Assembly (NCBI GenBank): GCA_041640035.1
Contig: JBEQBC010000006.1
Span: 1 to 34,657 of the forward strand
DNA length: 34,657 nucleotides
Direction of reading: 5' to 3'
From: Candidatus Nanohaloarchaea archaeon
GTDB lineage: Archaea; Nanohalarchaeota; Nanosalinia; Nanosalinales; Nanosalinaceae
The position numbers were made by a program, and so were the translations under genes. The notes beneath the pieces are model-generated. The model was not told the DNA's origin. It saw nothing but the letters and a program-made list of their open reading frames with translations, and did not search any database. Every line of letters starts with the position of its first letter. The first letter of the stretch is position 1. Below are positions 1 to 8,075 of the stretch, piece by piece.

Positions 1-515
1 TCTGCTTCAGTGTTGATTTCTTCTGGTTGCTGTGGTAGTTCGCCGTTGTATATTTCTTCGATTACTTCTTCTGCTGTTTTCCTATCTTTCTCGTACTGCT
101 GCGGATCGATTTCCCATCCTATTTCGAAGTCTTCGTTGCCTAGATCTTGTACTGGTAGTTCCTCTGGCCGGTTGATTGTCCAGATTCCCTGGTATTCGCC
201 TTCTACTCCCTGATCAGGTGTTTCCGCTATTACATGTACTTCTTGAGAGCTGTACATTTCTGCGTCGTTTTTCTGGAAGTTTCTGGTTGCCTGTGCGAAC
301 TCTCTTTTAACGAAGTATAGCTGTCCTTCTACTGGGTATACTTCTCCTTCTACGACTTTGTTTCTTAGGTCGTTTCTTTCTGGAGTGGTGACCATGCTTT
401 GGTCGATATCGTCGATATGACCTTTGACTATTGCATCATCGATTCCTAGTTCTCCCGTGAATTTTTCAGTATCTCCACTTTGTTCGTATGTACCTTCCAC
501 GCTGTAAACCTGCAT
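1..515 (-). CDS. Hypothetical acidic protein, runs off the window edge (MQVYSVEGTYEQSGDTEKFTGELGIDD...)
   Basis: Translated by hand from the ATG at 515; open to position 3 without a stop; D/E-rich like the rest of the proteome. Not in the ORF track. Confidence 0.75.
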   Translation of the reverse strand, partial: MQVYSVEGTYEQSGDTEKFTGELGIDDAIVKGHIDDIDQSMVTTPERNDLRNKVVEGEVYPVEGQLYFVKREFAQATRNFQKNDAEMYSSQEVHVIAETPDQGVEGEYQGIWTINRPEELPVQDLGNEDFEIGWEIDPQQYEKDRKTAEEVIEEIYNGELPQQPEEINTEA

Positions 516-598
516 AATAAGCCTGTTGGTATCCGAATCTTATGTATCTGACCGGGGGAAAAAGAGAGAAAAGAGAAAGGAAGAGTACTTTTTTGGTT

Positions 599-1312
599 TC
601 ATGGCTGGTCGCTGAGTTCGTTCAGTCTGTCCATGCTTCTGATTACAGCTGCGGTGAAACCTATCTTGGCTGACAGATCCAGTACTGTGAAGAGGACGAA
701 TGACGGTGCGAACTCTATCAGTCCGAGTCCTTCGGAACTCAGTGTCCAGATAACCGGGTAGATAGCCCATAGCCATATGATGATGGTTTGAAGATCTTCG
801 TAAAGTATCCGGACTGCTTCTGGACCTTCTTCCGCTTTCTTGCTGGCTTTCCGTGTGAGGAATATGATGATTGCTATCAGGCAAGCTACTGAAACAGCCA
901 GAGGAATGAATCGTGTTGGTGCCGGCATTATGGCTGCGGCGAATCCTGTGGCTATCATCAGTACATCCAGCATTATCAGTTTGAAAGCGGTTTTATCCTT
1001 TCCTACCAGTACTGACAGTCCGAACAGGAGTAACGGTGTTGAGATACCCCATTCGAAGTATCTGAGGAAAGGTATCATCCTTCCGGATATCTCGATGAAG
1101 CCCAGTCCTGTGGACATAAGCAGGTAGGATAAAGCGGATGTCAGTGGCACGATCGACAGCACTACGATGAATGTATCTCTGTAGTCAAGGCCAAAGGATA
1201 ATCCACCGAAATCCGCATCCGATCTTATCGCGTATCTGAGAAACCAGATGAAGGTGGCCAGAAACAGAAGCCCGCCACCTAAAGCGGTGTAATCAACAAG
1301 GCTTAGATTCAT
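599..1312 (-). CDS. Microbial (type-1) rhodopsin with atypical E-S-G motif
   Basis: Seven hydrophobic helices; helix C RYFEWGISTPLLL; helix D DVLMIATG; helix F LWAIYPVIW..SEG; helix G LDLSAKIGF with the Schiff-base Lys216. Confidence 0.95.
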   Translation of the reverse strand: MNLSLVDYTALGGGLLFLATFIWFLRYAIRSDADFGGLSFGLDYRDTFIVVLSIVPLTSALSYLLMSTGLGFIEISGRMIPFLRYFEWGISTPLLLFGLSVLVGKDKTAFKLIMLDVLMIATGFAAAIMPAPTRFIPLAVSVACLIAIIIFLTRKASKKAEEGPEAVRILYEDLQTIIIWLWAIYPVIWTLSSEGLGLIEFAPSFVLFTVLDLSAKIGFTAAVIRSMDRLNELSDQP

Positions 1313-1382
1313 AAATAGCAGTTGTATTACCGGATTAAAAAGGTCATCCGTCCCACAAAGAAAACCTGTACAAGTTAGACCG

Positions 1383-1471
1383 AGGTAAAAAATACTCCAA
1401 CAGAAATTTTACCTATCCAAAATCTTGAAACTGATAAAAAGCCGTTAAAATCGATTTATATCAGTTCTCAA
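1383..1471. repeat. Two inverted repeats in the AT-rich spacer upstream of the rhodopsin
   Basis: AGGTAAAA(1383-1390)-N16-TTTTACCT(1407-1414); TTGA-AACTGATA(1425-1436)...TATCAGTT-C-TCAA(1459-1471). Confidence 0.55.
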
Positions 1472-1540
1472 ATATTTGAATTCGGTTAGTAGTTTTCTAA
1501 TTTACTTGTCGCCGATGTTAAATGTAGAAAAAGATTGGTT

Positions 1541-1849
1541 TTATCTTCCAGTGTTTTCCTCTATCCAGTCCAGGAAGTCTTGGTTGCCGTCAATCTCTGT
1601 GTATTCGATGATCGGTGTCTCATCCGAATGAATTTCGCGGACTTTGTCGATTATCTCCTGCTTGTGGCTTTCTACTGTGTATGCGTTGATGTTGTAGTAT
1701 GTTTCGTTGACTATCTCTCCTTTCCAATGGTATCGTGAGTCACCGTCCACGATAAGTGTGCCGGCTAGAAGGTTTTTCTCGAGAAGTTCGTCACATATTT
1801 TTTCGGCTTCTTTCTTGGAGGTTGCGGAGATGACAGCTTTCAGATGCAT
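1541..1849 (-). CDS. cutA: Divalent-cation tolerance protein CutA
   Basis: EAEKICDELLEKNLLAG, SRYHWKGEI, HSDETPII, GNQDFLDWI match CutA1; start moved to the ATG at 1849. Confidence 0.9.
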   Translation of the reverse strand: MHLKAVISATSKKEAEKICDELLEKNLLAGTLIVDGDSRYHWKGEIVNETYYNINAYTVESHKQEIIDKVREIHSDETPIIEYTEIDGNQDFLDWIEENTGR

Positions 1850-1880
1850 AGGATGTATTCGGATTTTCAATGTAAAAAAT

Positions 1881-1905
1881 TTGTTCACATCGTAGAAACG
1901 AACAA
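1881..1905. promoter_or_regulatory. Inverted repeat between the divergent cutA and HTH-LAGLIDADG genes (possible operator)
   Basis: TTGTTC(1881-1886)-N13-GAACAA(1900-1905), next to a TATA-like AATATAAG. Confidence 0.35.
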
Positions 1906-1938
1906 TATAAGTATTTTGTTATTAATTAGTGATAACAT

Positions 1939-3489
1939 ATGGGTCAGAGTTCTTTGAGTTCGTACGGTGCGGGAGAACCGGAAGAGCCTTTCCTCCCGAG
2001 CAATGCCGATCAACTGGTAGAGTACCTTGATGGAGACAGTGATGACTATGAACAGATCAAGCTGTATGAACATCCGGATCAGGGTCTCGGTGAGTACACG
2101 AGAAGCAGAAGAGAAGAACTCGGAATGACTCAGAGAGAACTGGCCGAACAGATTTCAGCAGGTGACAGAAACCATGTCAGCAATTGGGAAAGAGAAGTCA
2201 CGATGCCTCAAGAATACCTTGAAGTCGCAGAGGTACTTGGTATCGATCCACGATGGTTCCAGGACAAAAAGAATGGTAATGGAGGCATCTCTAACTTTGT
2301 AGAAGGCGGCCTATCTGACTCTGCGATAGAAGTTGTCGAAGGAGGGCTACTAGGCGATGGATCCCTTTCCAAAGCGGACGGTCATGCACCTCAGTACACA
2401 CAGGCATCCATGGACCGTAGATATGTCTCATGGCTGAAAGATGAACTAGGGGACCATGGAATCGCAGCTTCTGCTCTCCGTGAAGATGAAAAGAAATGGA
2501 ACAACACGCACACACTCAAAACTCTGTGCTACCCCGAGTTCGAGGAACTGGAAGAGCGCTGGTACGATGATATCGATGATGTACTGGATGAATTAGATGA
2601 TGAAGACGAACTTGAACGGATTAAGAAACGGGAGGGGCAAGGTCATGACCGGGTTAAGAGAGTGCCTGATGACTTGGAGATGACTCCTGAGAAACTTCTT
2701 CACCTGCATCTCGGAGATGGATCACTTTTGAGACAGGAAGGAACAGGCAGAGGAAGTGGTCGGCCTTGGGTAACACTATATGTGAACGGATTCCTGAGAG
2801 AAGATATTGAGAACATAGCTGATGCATTAGATGAACAGGGGATAGATACTGCTATACATAAGAACAAAGATGATTACGCCTTGAAAGTGCTTCAGGATGA
2901 TGTAGCAGATTATTACAGTTTCCTGCCGGACACACCTGAGGACTTAGAGGATGTCGAATCCAGTAAAGGTTACGAGTTCAGCAAAAAGTGGCCTCAGTAC
3001 GATGATAAATTAAAGATGGTGGCGAAATGGGATGGAGTACATGACCTAATACAGGAACACCGGCTTAACCATGAGATAAAGACCAACGACTTCAGCGATG
3101 TCATAGGCTACGGAAGCAACGGTATATCCAAGGTAGAGGATGAATCCAAGCCCCAGTTCGATACCTTCCAGACGATTGTAGATGAACTTGAGATAGATAT
3201 AGAGGGGGCATGGAACGAAATGAAAGGCGGAACAAGACAGTCTAGGTTCCATGTAACAGAAGATAACCGGTTTAATGTCAACTGGAGAGGAGAAACATTA
3301 GGACTTCCTCTTACGCCTGAAAACGCTTCCGAACTGGTCCCTGAGATGAGAGATGAGACAGGACTCAGTCAGAGAGCGCTGGCAGAAAGAACAGATGTAA
3401 GCCGTACCGGTGTTCAGGGTATAGAGTACGGTAAAACGACTCCGACACGCTGGACACTGAAGAAATTGGCCAGAGGACTTGCAGACTGA
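1939..3489 (+). CDS. XRE-HTH + LAGLIDADG_2-type endonuclease + two XRE-HTH fusion protein
   Basis: HTH aa ~50-107 (RREELGMTQRELAEQI..VSNWE); LAGLIDADG helices GGLLGD140GSL and LHLGD260GSL, with TLCYPEFEELEERWY and KRVPDDLEMTP; HTH aa ~368-422; HTH aa ~466-514 (RDETGLSQRALAERTDVSRTGVQGIEYG). Confidence 0.85.
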   Translation: MGQSSLSSYGAGEPEEPFLPSNADQLVEYLDGDSDDYEQIKLYEHPDQGLGEYTRSRREELGMTQRELAEQISAGDRNHVSNWEREVTMPQEYLEVAEVLGIDPRWFQDKKNGNGGISNFVEGGLSDSAIEVVEGGLLGDGSLSKADGHAPQYTQASMDRRYVSWLKDELGDHGIAASALREDEKKWNNTHTLKTLCYPEFEELEERWYDDIDDVLDELDDEDELERIKKREGQGHDRVKRVPDDLEMTPEKLLHLHLGDGSLLRQEGTGRGSGRPWVTLYVNGFLREDIENIADALDEQGIDTAIHKNKDDYALKVLQDDVADYYSFLPDTPEDLEDVESSKGYEFSKKWPQYDDKLKMVAKWDGVHDLIQEHRLNHEIKTNDFSDVIGYGSNGISKVEDESKPQFDTFQTIVDELEIDIEGAWNEMKGGTRQSRFHVTEDNRFNVNWRGETLGLPLTPENASELVPEMRDETGLSQRALAERTDVSRTGVQGIEYGKTTPTRWTLKKLARGLAD

Positions 3490-3502
3490 CAATAACATTT
3501 TT

Positions 3503-4141
3503 TTATTCCAGAGCTGCCGGTAGTTGGTCGAGTGTTTCAGGTAGTTCTTCATAACTTAGTTCGCCTAGTTCACGGGAGTATGATTGTTCTCCTTCTCTGT
3601 AAAGTATCTCTATCTCTGGGTAGAGACCGTTCTCTGCTGTGAAGTTTAGTATCAGTTCCTCGTTGCCTGAACTAAGTCCTATCTCGGCTTCACCTTCCTG
3701 TACCAAGCGTTCGTACTCTCTCAAGATTTCGGGCATGTCGCCCTGTACTTCCCAGTGGTCTGTTTTCCTGGTGGATTCCAGAAGCTTCTGTACATCCTCA
3801 GCTTCCGGGTAAAAAGCAGAGGTGAATGATCTTACAGCTTCTTCATAAGGTACTCTGTCAGACAATTCGATATTGTTCCTCTCGGCTTCCTCATGTCTTC
3901 CCTGCAGAAATCTTTTCATCTCTCTGTACGATTGAAAATCATATTTATCCGGTTCTTCAAGAACTCCTTCTTCGACAAGTCTTTCAATCTCTCTCGTGGT
4001 GAACCGCCGCTGATTATCAATATCATCACTGGCTGAATCTGATGCAGAGTACATTTTGAAAGGCAACAACATCATCTCGGTCTGAAAATTCAGAGAAGTC
4101 TCCATAAAAGCTGTAAACGGGTTGGATCCTTTCTTCGACAC
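3503..4141 (-). CDS. Hypothetical acidic protein
   Basis: 212-aa ORF with acidic composition; TATA-like element about 25-30 nt upstream. Confidence 0.7.
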   Translation of the reverse strand: MSKKGSNPFTAFMETSLNFQTEMMLLPFKMYSASDSASDDIDNQRRFTTREIERLVEEGVLEEPDKYDFQSYREMKRFLQGRHEEAERNNIELSDRVPYEEAVRSFTSAFYPEAEDVQKLLESTRKTDHWEVQGDMPEILREYERLVQEGEAEIGLSSGNEELILNFTAENGLYPEIEILYREGEQSYSRELGELSYEELPETLDQLPAALE

Positions 4142-4187
4142 AGATACTATATTCGGAGTTAACTGTTATCTATTTTACTATAAAATC

Positions 4188-4643
4188 TTAGTCCTTCAGA
4201 TCGTCGTATAGCTCATCGGTATCGAGATCGGGGCTTACTGCTTCGTTTCTGAATTTGTCATCTTCATCCTCACCATACTCTTCTCCGCTTACATGTTCCC
4301 AGGCTTTGATTAGTTCGTTTTTATCGTATTTATCGGTATCCATCGTGTATTCTGGTGAGTTGTTGAAGGGTTCCAGTATCTTGAGATCGCACATCAGGTT
4401 GTAGATTGTTGAGAACTTGTAGTTTTCTGTTCCTCCGAAAGCTGTTTCTTTGGTGTCTGCTTCCTCGAATATTTCGTCTCCGGTAACCCATTTGCTGTCC
4501 AAGTTACTGATCCCTGAGTCCATCACATCGATGAACTGATCGCCGTACTCGACGAAACGCCTGTAACGAACCGTCTCAGTCTCCTCTCTTCTCTCAAGTT
4601 CTTCAAGAACCTCGTCATCCATCTCTACCAAGAAACTACTCAA
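4188..4643 (-). CDS. Hypothetical acidic protein (alternative start ATG at 4622)
   Basis: D/E-rich ORF occupying a single gene slot. Confidence 0.7.
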   Translation of the reverse strand: MSSFLVEMDDEVLEELERREETETVRYRRFVEYGDQFIDVMDSGISNLDSKWVTGDEIFEEADTKETAFGGTENYKFSTIYNLMCDLKILEPFNNSPEYTMDTDKYDKNELIKAWEHVSGEEYGEDEDDKFRNEAVSPDLDTDELYDDLKD

Positions 4644-4685
4644 GAAGATTTAATATTATTTGGTGACAACACATTTACAGTTTTT

Positions 4686-5252
4686 GTGAAAGCCGACTAC
4701 AACGAAATATACGAACTGGAAGAAGAAGCATTCGAATGGCTTGACATGGCTGAAGAATTCTTCAAACACGACGGCAGCTTCAGCTACGGCGAAAAACGAA
4801 ATAACAGCGTTGCAAGAGCAGGAGAAAGATACGAGTCCATAGAAGAAGAGTACAGACAGCTTCAAAAAATGCATGAAGCAGTTCCAGAACATACTGTCGA
4901 GCCTTTAATGCCTGTATACAGTGATGGCGAAATGGTCGGTTTCTATATGGAGAGATTTGAAGGCGAGATACTGAAAGACTACCTCCTCGACCTCGGTAAC
5001 AAGGAGGACATCATGGAAGGTCTTGATCTGGTAGACGATGTTGAATCAGCGATTGAGGAGATGCATGAACAGGATGTGGTTCACGGAGACCTCACCAATA
5101 ATATCCTTTATGATGGAGAGAATTTCAAGTTCTTCGATCCTGTAGGCGTGCCGAAAACTGATGAAGCGTTTGAAGAGATGAAAGAATGGGATGAGGGAAC
5201 CCCGGAAAGACTGCGGGAATCCGCGAAGATGCCTTTCCAGGACTTTCTCTGA
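4686..5252 (+). CDS. Minimal protein-kinase-like (RIO/Bud32/Kdo-type) protein
   Basis: EEEYRQL (helix C), FYMERFEG hinge, MHEQDVVHGDLTNNIL, FKFFDP. Confidence 0.75.
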   Translation: MKADYNEIYELEEEAFEWLDMAEEFFKHDGSFSYGEKRNNSVARAGERYESIEEEYRQLQKMHEAVPEHTVEPLMPVYSDGEMVGFYMERFEGEILKDYLLDLGNKEDIMEGLDLVDDVESAIEEMHEQDVVHGDLTNNILYDGENFKFFDPVGVPKTDEAFEEMKEWDEGTPERLRESAKMPFQDFL

Positions 5253-5257
5253 TTTTT

Positions 5258-5581
5258 CTATCCTAGCATCCCACCGATGTATTCTATACCGTATCTCATG
5301 ATTGCTCCTGCCAGCCATGCGATAAGAGCGATCGCCAGTCCGAACAATCTGTCATCGTTGTAAATCCTGGCGGCGTAACCTATGAACAGGATAGCTCCGA
5401 TTATTGGGAAAGGGATTAATCCCAGTAGTATACCTATTCCCGCCAGTTTCAATGCCTGAGTCAGTCTTACATCTCTTGAAGGAGGTAAAAGCCATTTTGC
5501 GGATGCGTGTATGACTGCGACTCGGATAGCGAAAACTACGAATAGTGTAAGAATCAGGATAGAGATGTCTATAAGCGCCAT
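5258..5581 (-). CDS. Small multi-pass membrane protein
   Basis: Three to four hydrophobic segments; probable start ATG at 5581 (MALIDIS). Confidence 0.7.
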   Translation of the reverse strand: MALIDISILILTLFVVFAIRVAVIHASAKWLLPPSRDVRLTQALKLAGIGILLGLIPFPIIGAILFIGYAARIYNDDRLFGLAIALIAWLAGAIMRYGIEYIGGMLG

Positions 5582-5662
5582 AATCCATTCTGTAAATCTA
5601 GCGGTACAAAAAACCTTTCCTGGCCCGGAATTTTTATTCATCAAACAAGTCAACAGGAAATT

Positions 5663-6028
5663 ATGCTGGCAGCCTACTTGGTGATGACTCTAGGCTTCCT
5701 TTTCTTCCTCAGCCCGTTGATCATGTTCCTTACCAGTGTTGCCTCACTGGTTATCACGGTTCCTCTTTCAGTGTATGGGCTTCTGACGATGGCAGCAGCT
5801 TACACAGCGAAGGATGAGGACAAGTGGCTTCCGATAGCTTTCATCATAGCTTTCATAGGGATTGTCCTCATCGTTGGTTTTGTCGGAGGCGGTATCTTGA
5901 AGCAGAACGGTTTCCGTCCCGGAGGCATAATATCGATCCTTTCACTCGTGATCCTGATCTTCCTTGATATAAGCCTGTTCTCAATCGTGATGAAGATGGA
6001 AGTCTTCAACTACATGGATGAGGATTGA
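5663..6028 (+). CDS. Four-TM membrane protein
   Basis: Hydrophobic ORF divergent from the previous gene. Confidence 0.7.
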   Translation: MLAAYLVMTLGFLFFLSPLIMFLTSVASLVITVPLSVYGLLTMAAAYTAKDEDKWLPIAFIIAFIGIVLIVGFVGGGILKQNGFRPGGIISILSLVILIFLDISLFSIVMKMEVFNYMDED

Positions 6029-6031
6029 TTG

Positions 6032-6051
6032 GTTCGATTTTATGCGAACAG
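6032..6051 (+). promoter_or_regulatory. Palindromic site GTTCG-N8-CGAAC(AG) upstream of the TATA box of TPTPC paralog 1
   Basis: GTTCG ATTTTATG CGAACAG; the right arm starts 49 nt before ATG 6094; TTTTTATAA at 6061. Confidence 0.6.
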
Positions 6052-6093
6052 TCTAAACGGTTTTTATAATGGATACGGTCCTAAAAACTGTTT

Positions 6094-6630
6094 ATGAAGA
6101 AAACAACACTCACTCTGATCACTTTATCTCTTGTCGTTTCAGGATCTGCGGTAGTTGGGGGACCGAATCCTGACGACGGTATGGCTATCACATCTTCAGA
6201 TGGATCTGCATCTGCGTCCCAGGGCGTTAGCCCTGAAGGAACAGAATATATATCGTATTTCTCTGTGTTCAATGTCACCCAAAGCAATGAGACAGGGATA
6301 ACAGATTTCAGCTGGGAGAACGACACTGTAAGCTTTGAAGGCGTATACAGAACGCCGACACCCTGTTACGATCTTCAGCATGATGTGGACCGAAACGGTA
6401 ACAGCTACCAGTTCGATATTACTTCGAAGGAGACCGGAAACGGGACATGTGCTCAGGTAATAACCTATCAGGAGTACAGGGCGAACTTCACAGCCGATCA
6501 CGCCTACGAACTGAATGTAACTCACAGCGGAGAACAGGTAGAGGTCTTCCAGCATCCGGACCTTGGAGATGGACCTGAAAACGGATTTTTCTCCCAGCTT
6601 ATAGGCCTCATAATAGGTCTGTTTAGCTGA
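6094..6630 (+). CDS. Secreted TPTPC / C-x-QV beta-domain protein (PrcB C-terminal-like), paralog 1
   Basis: Signal peptide; VSFEGVYRTPTPCYDL...TCAQVITYQEYRANF; C-terminal GFFSQLIGLIIGLFS. Confidence 0.8.
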   Translation: MKKTTLTLITLSLVVSGSAVVGGPNPDDGMAITSSDGSASASQGVSPEGTEYISYFSVFNVTQSNETGITDFSWENDTVSFEGVYRTPTPCYDLQHDVDRNGNSYQFDITSKETGNGTCAQVITYQEYRANFTADHAYELNVTHSGEQVEVFQHPDLGDGPENGFFSQLIGLIIGLFS

Positions 6631-6694
6631 CCTGTCTTTTTCCCATTTTTCTTTTTTCTTTACATTTATAATCGAATTTTGATAATTGAACTAT

Positions 6695-7015
6695 ATGGTC
6701 GCTGAAGCAACAGTAGATTTAGTACTTGCTGCAATCGCAGTAATGACCGGAATCTTCTCTTACTACCTTTACAGAGAGATACAGGGTGACCAGGAAACGA
6801 CTATGACCAAGCTTCAGCTCCGTTCACATGAGACACTTCTAGACTTCTACATGCTGCTTGGAATGAACCTGATGATGCTTTTCGGCTGGCTGATGTACAC
6901 CTACGGAGTAGTCGTCAGCTCTGAGATGCTTCAGCTAGCAGCAAAACTTGTAGCAGCAATCTACGGAGTACTGCTTGTAGCAGTATTCTACAGATGGAAG
7001 GTGAGATTCAGATAA
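6695..7015 (+). CDS. Three-TM membrane protein A
   Basis: Hydrophobic ORF; its stop overlaps the next start (TAATG, 7013-7017). Confidence 0.75.
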   Translation: MVAEATVDLVLAAIAVMTGIFSYYLYREIQGDQETTMTKLQLRSHETLLDFYMLLGMNLMMLFGWLMYTYGVVVSSEMLQLAAKLVAAIYGVLLVAVFYRWKVRFR

Positions 7016-7344
7016 TGGAACTACAGAGCCTGATACACGGAGTAATAAGCATATTACTAACTTCCACAATAGTTTATTATCTGATCAGAACGGTCAGAAA
7101 CATCAAGGGAAGCGAACAGACAGCGCTCTCACATTTCTTCCTGATAGATGAATCCGCAGAATCATTCAAAAAACTGTTTTACAGCTCAGGAATCTACGCA
7201 ATTATCTCACTTCTCGTAGCAGCAAGAATAATCCCGGATGGCGCAGTCTACGACGCAGCAACAGTAGTACTATTCATAGGAATGCTTTACTTCGCAAGAG
7301 CAGCATTCATAGTCACATCAGGGCCAAGTGAAGAAGAAGGATAA
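7015..7344 (+). CDS. Three-TM membrane protein B (distant paralog of A)
   Basis: Coupled start; post-TM1 loop RNIKGSEQTALSHF resembles REIQGDQETTMTKL of protein A. Confidence 0.75.
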   Translation: MELQSLIHGVISILLTSTIVYYLIRTVRNIKGSEQTALSHFFLIDESAESFKKLFYSSGIYAIISLLVAARIIPDGAVYDAATVVLFIGMLYFARAAFIVTSGPSEEEG

Positions 7345-7388
7345 ATATTGGAACAGACCTTTTATTGATCGCTTGCTATTTCCTTGTT

Positions 7389-8069
7389 ATGAGAAAAGTA
7401 ATCCTGTTATCTCTACTTTTGATGGCTCTTCCTTTCATGGCTTCTTCTCATGATTATGTGGAAGACCATGTGAGATGTACAGAGAGGACTATGTGTGATG
7501 ATCCCTCCGAATACCCTGATCTGGATTACATGGATGAAGTCAATATTGAAGGCGAAGGGGAATTATGGAGTGGAACAATTGAAATAGAGAATGTTACATA
7601 TATGCATAATTTCTCAGAAAAAGTGGATGATGCAAGTTTCAGGAACAGAGATACTACAGGACCAATGGATGCGAGTTCAGATGATAAGATATTCTCATTT
7701 GATGGAGTTATGAGAGCTGATTCTATCTGTAACGAACCAGTATTTGATGTGGATGTTGAAGAATCAATCAAATACAACCTAGAAGTTAGAGAAAACGATA
7801 CATATGGCGTCAGAAGCTGTTACGACCACCCTGTCAAGGTAGAATATACTTTAACACTTGATACAGAGACCAGTGATCTAAAGGTTACGGTAAACCAGAA
7901 TAATGTAAAGGAGAGCTTTCAGACCGAAGATTATGTTGGAACACCGGAAAATCAGGGAACTCCGGAGGAGGAAGAAATAGTAAATGAACAGTCTGACAAT
8001 TCAGATGGAAAAAGCAGCAACAACGGACTAATATCAAACATAATGGGTATATTCAGCAGCATTTTCTAG
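7389..8069 (+). CDS. Secreted protein, divergent member of the TPTPC family (paralog 2)
   Basis: Signal peptide MRKVILLSLLLMALPFMASS; FSFDGVMRADSICNEP...SCYDHPVKVEY; C-terminal GLISNIMGIFSSIF. Confidence 0.75.
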   Translation: MRKVILLSLLLMALPFMASSHDYVEDHVRCTERTMCDDPSEYPDLDYMDEVNIEGEGELWSGTIEIENVTYMHNFSEKVDDASFRNRDTTGPMDASSDDKIFSFDGVMRADSICNEPVFDVDVEESIKYNLEVRENDTYGVRSCYDHPVKVEYTLTLDTETSDLKVTVNQNNVKESFQTEDYVGTPENQGTPEEEEIVNEQSDNSDGKSSNNGLISNIMGIFSSIF

Positions 8070-8075
8070 GCATCT

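Noticed and set aside
599-1312. Calling the opsin a xenorhodopsin or bacteriorhodopsin
   Set aside because: D212 is present (xenorhodopsins have Pro there) and the DTD motif is absent.
1395-1407. Replication origin (mini-ORB-like CTCCAACAGAAAT)
   Set aside because: Single copy, no G-string and no cdc6/orc1 gene in the window.
1939-3489. Intein or intron-encoded homing endonuclease
   Set aside because: No splice-junction residues, no interrupted host gene and no flanking RNA gene.
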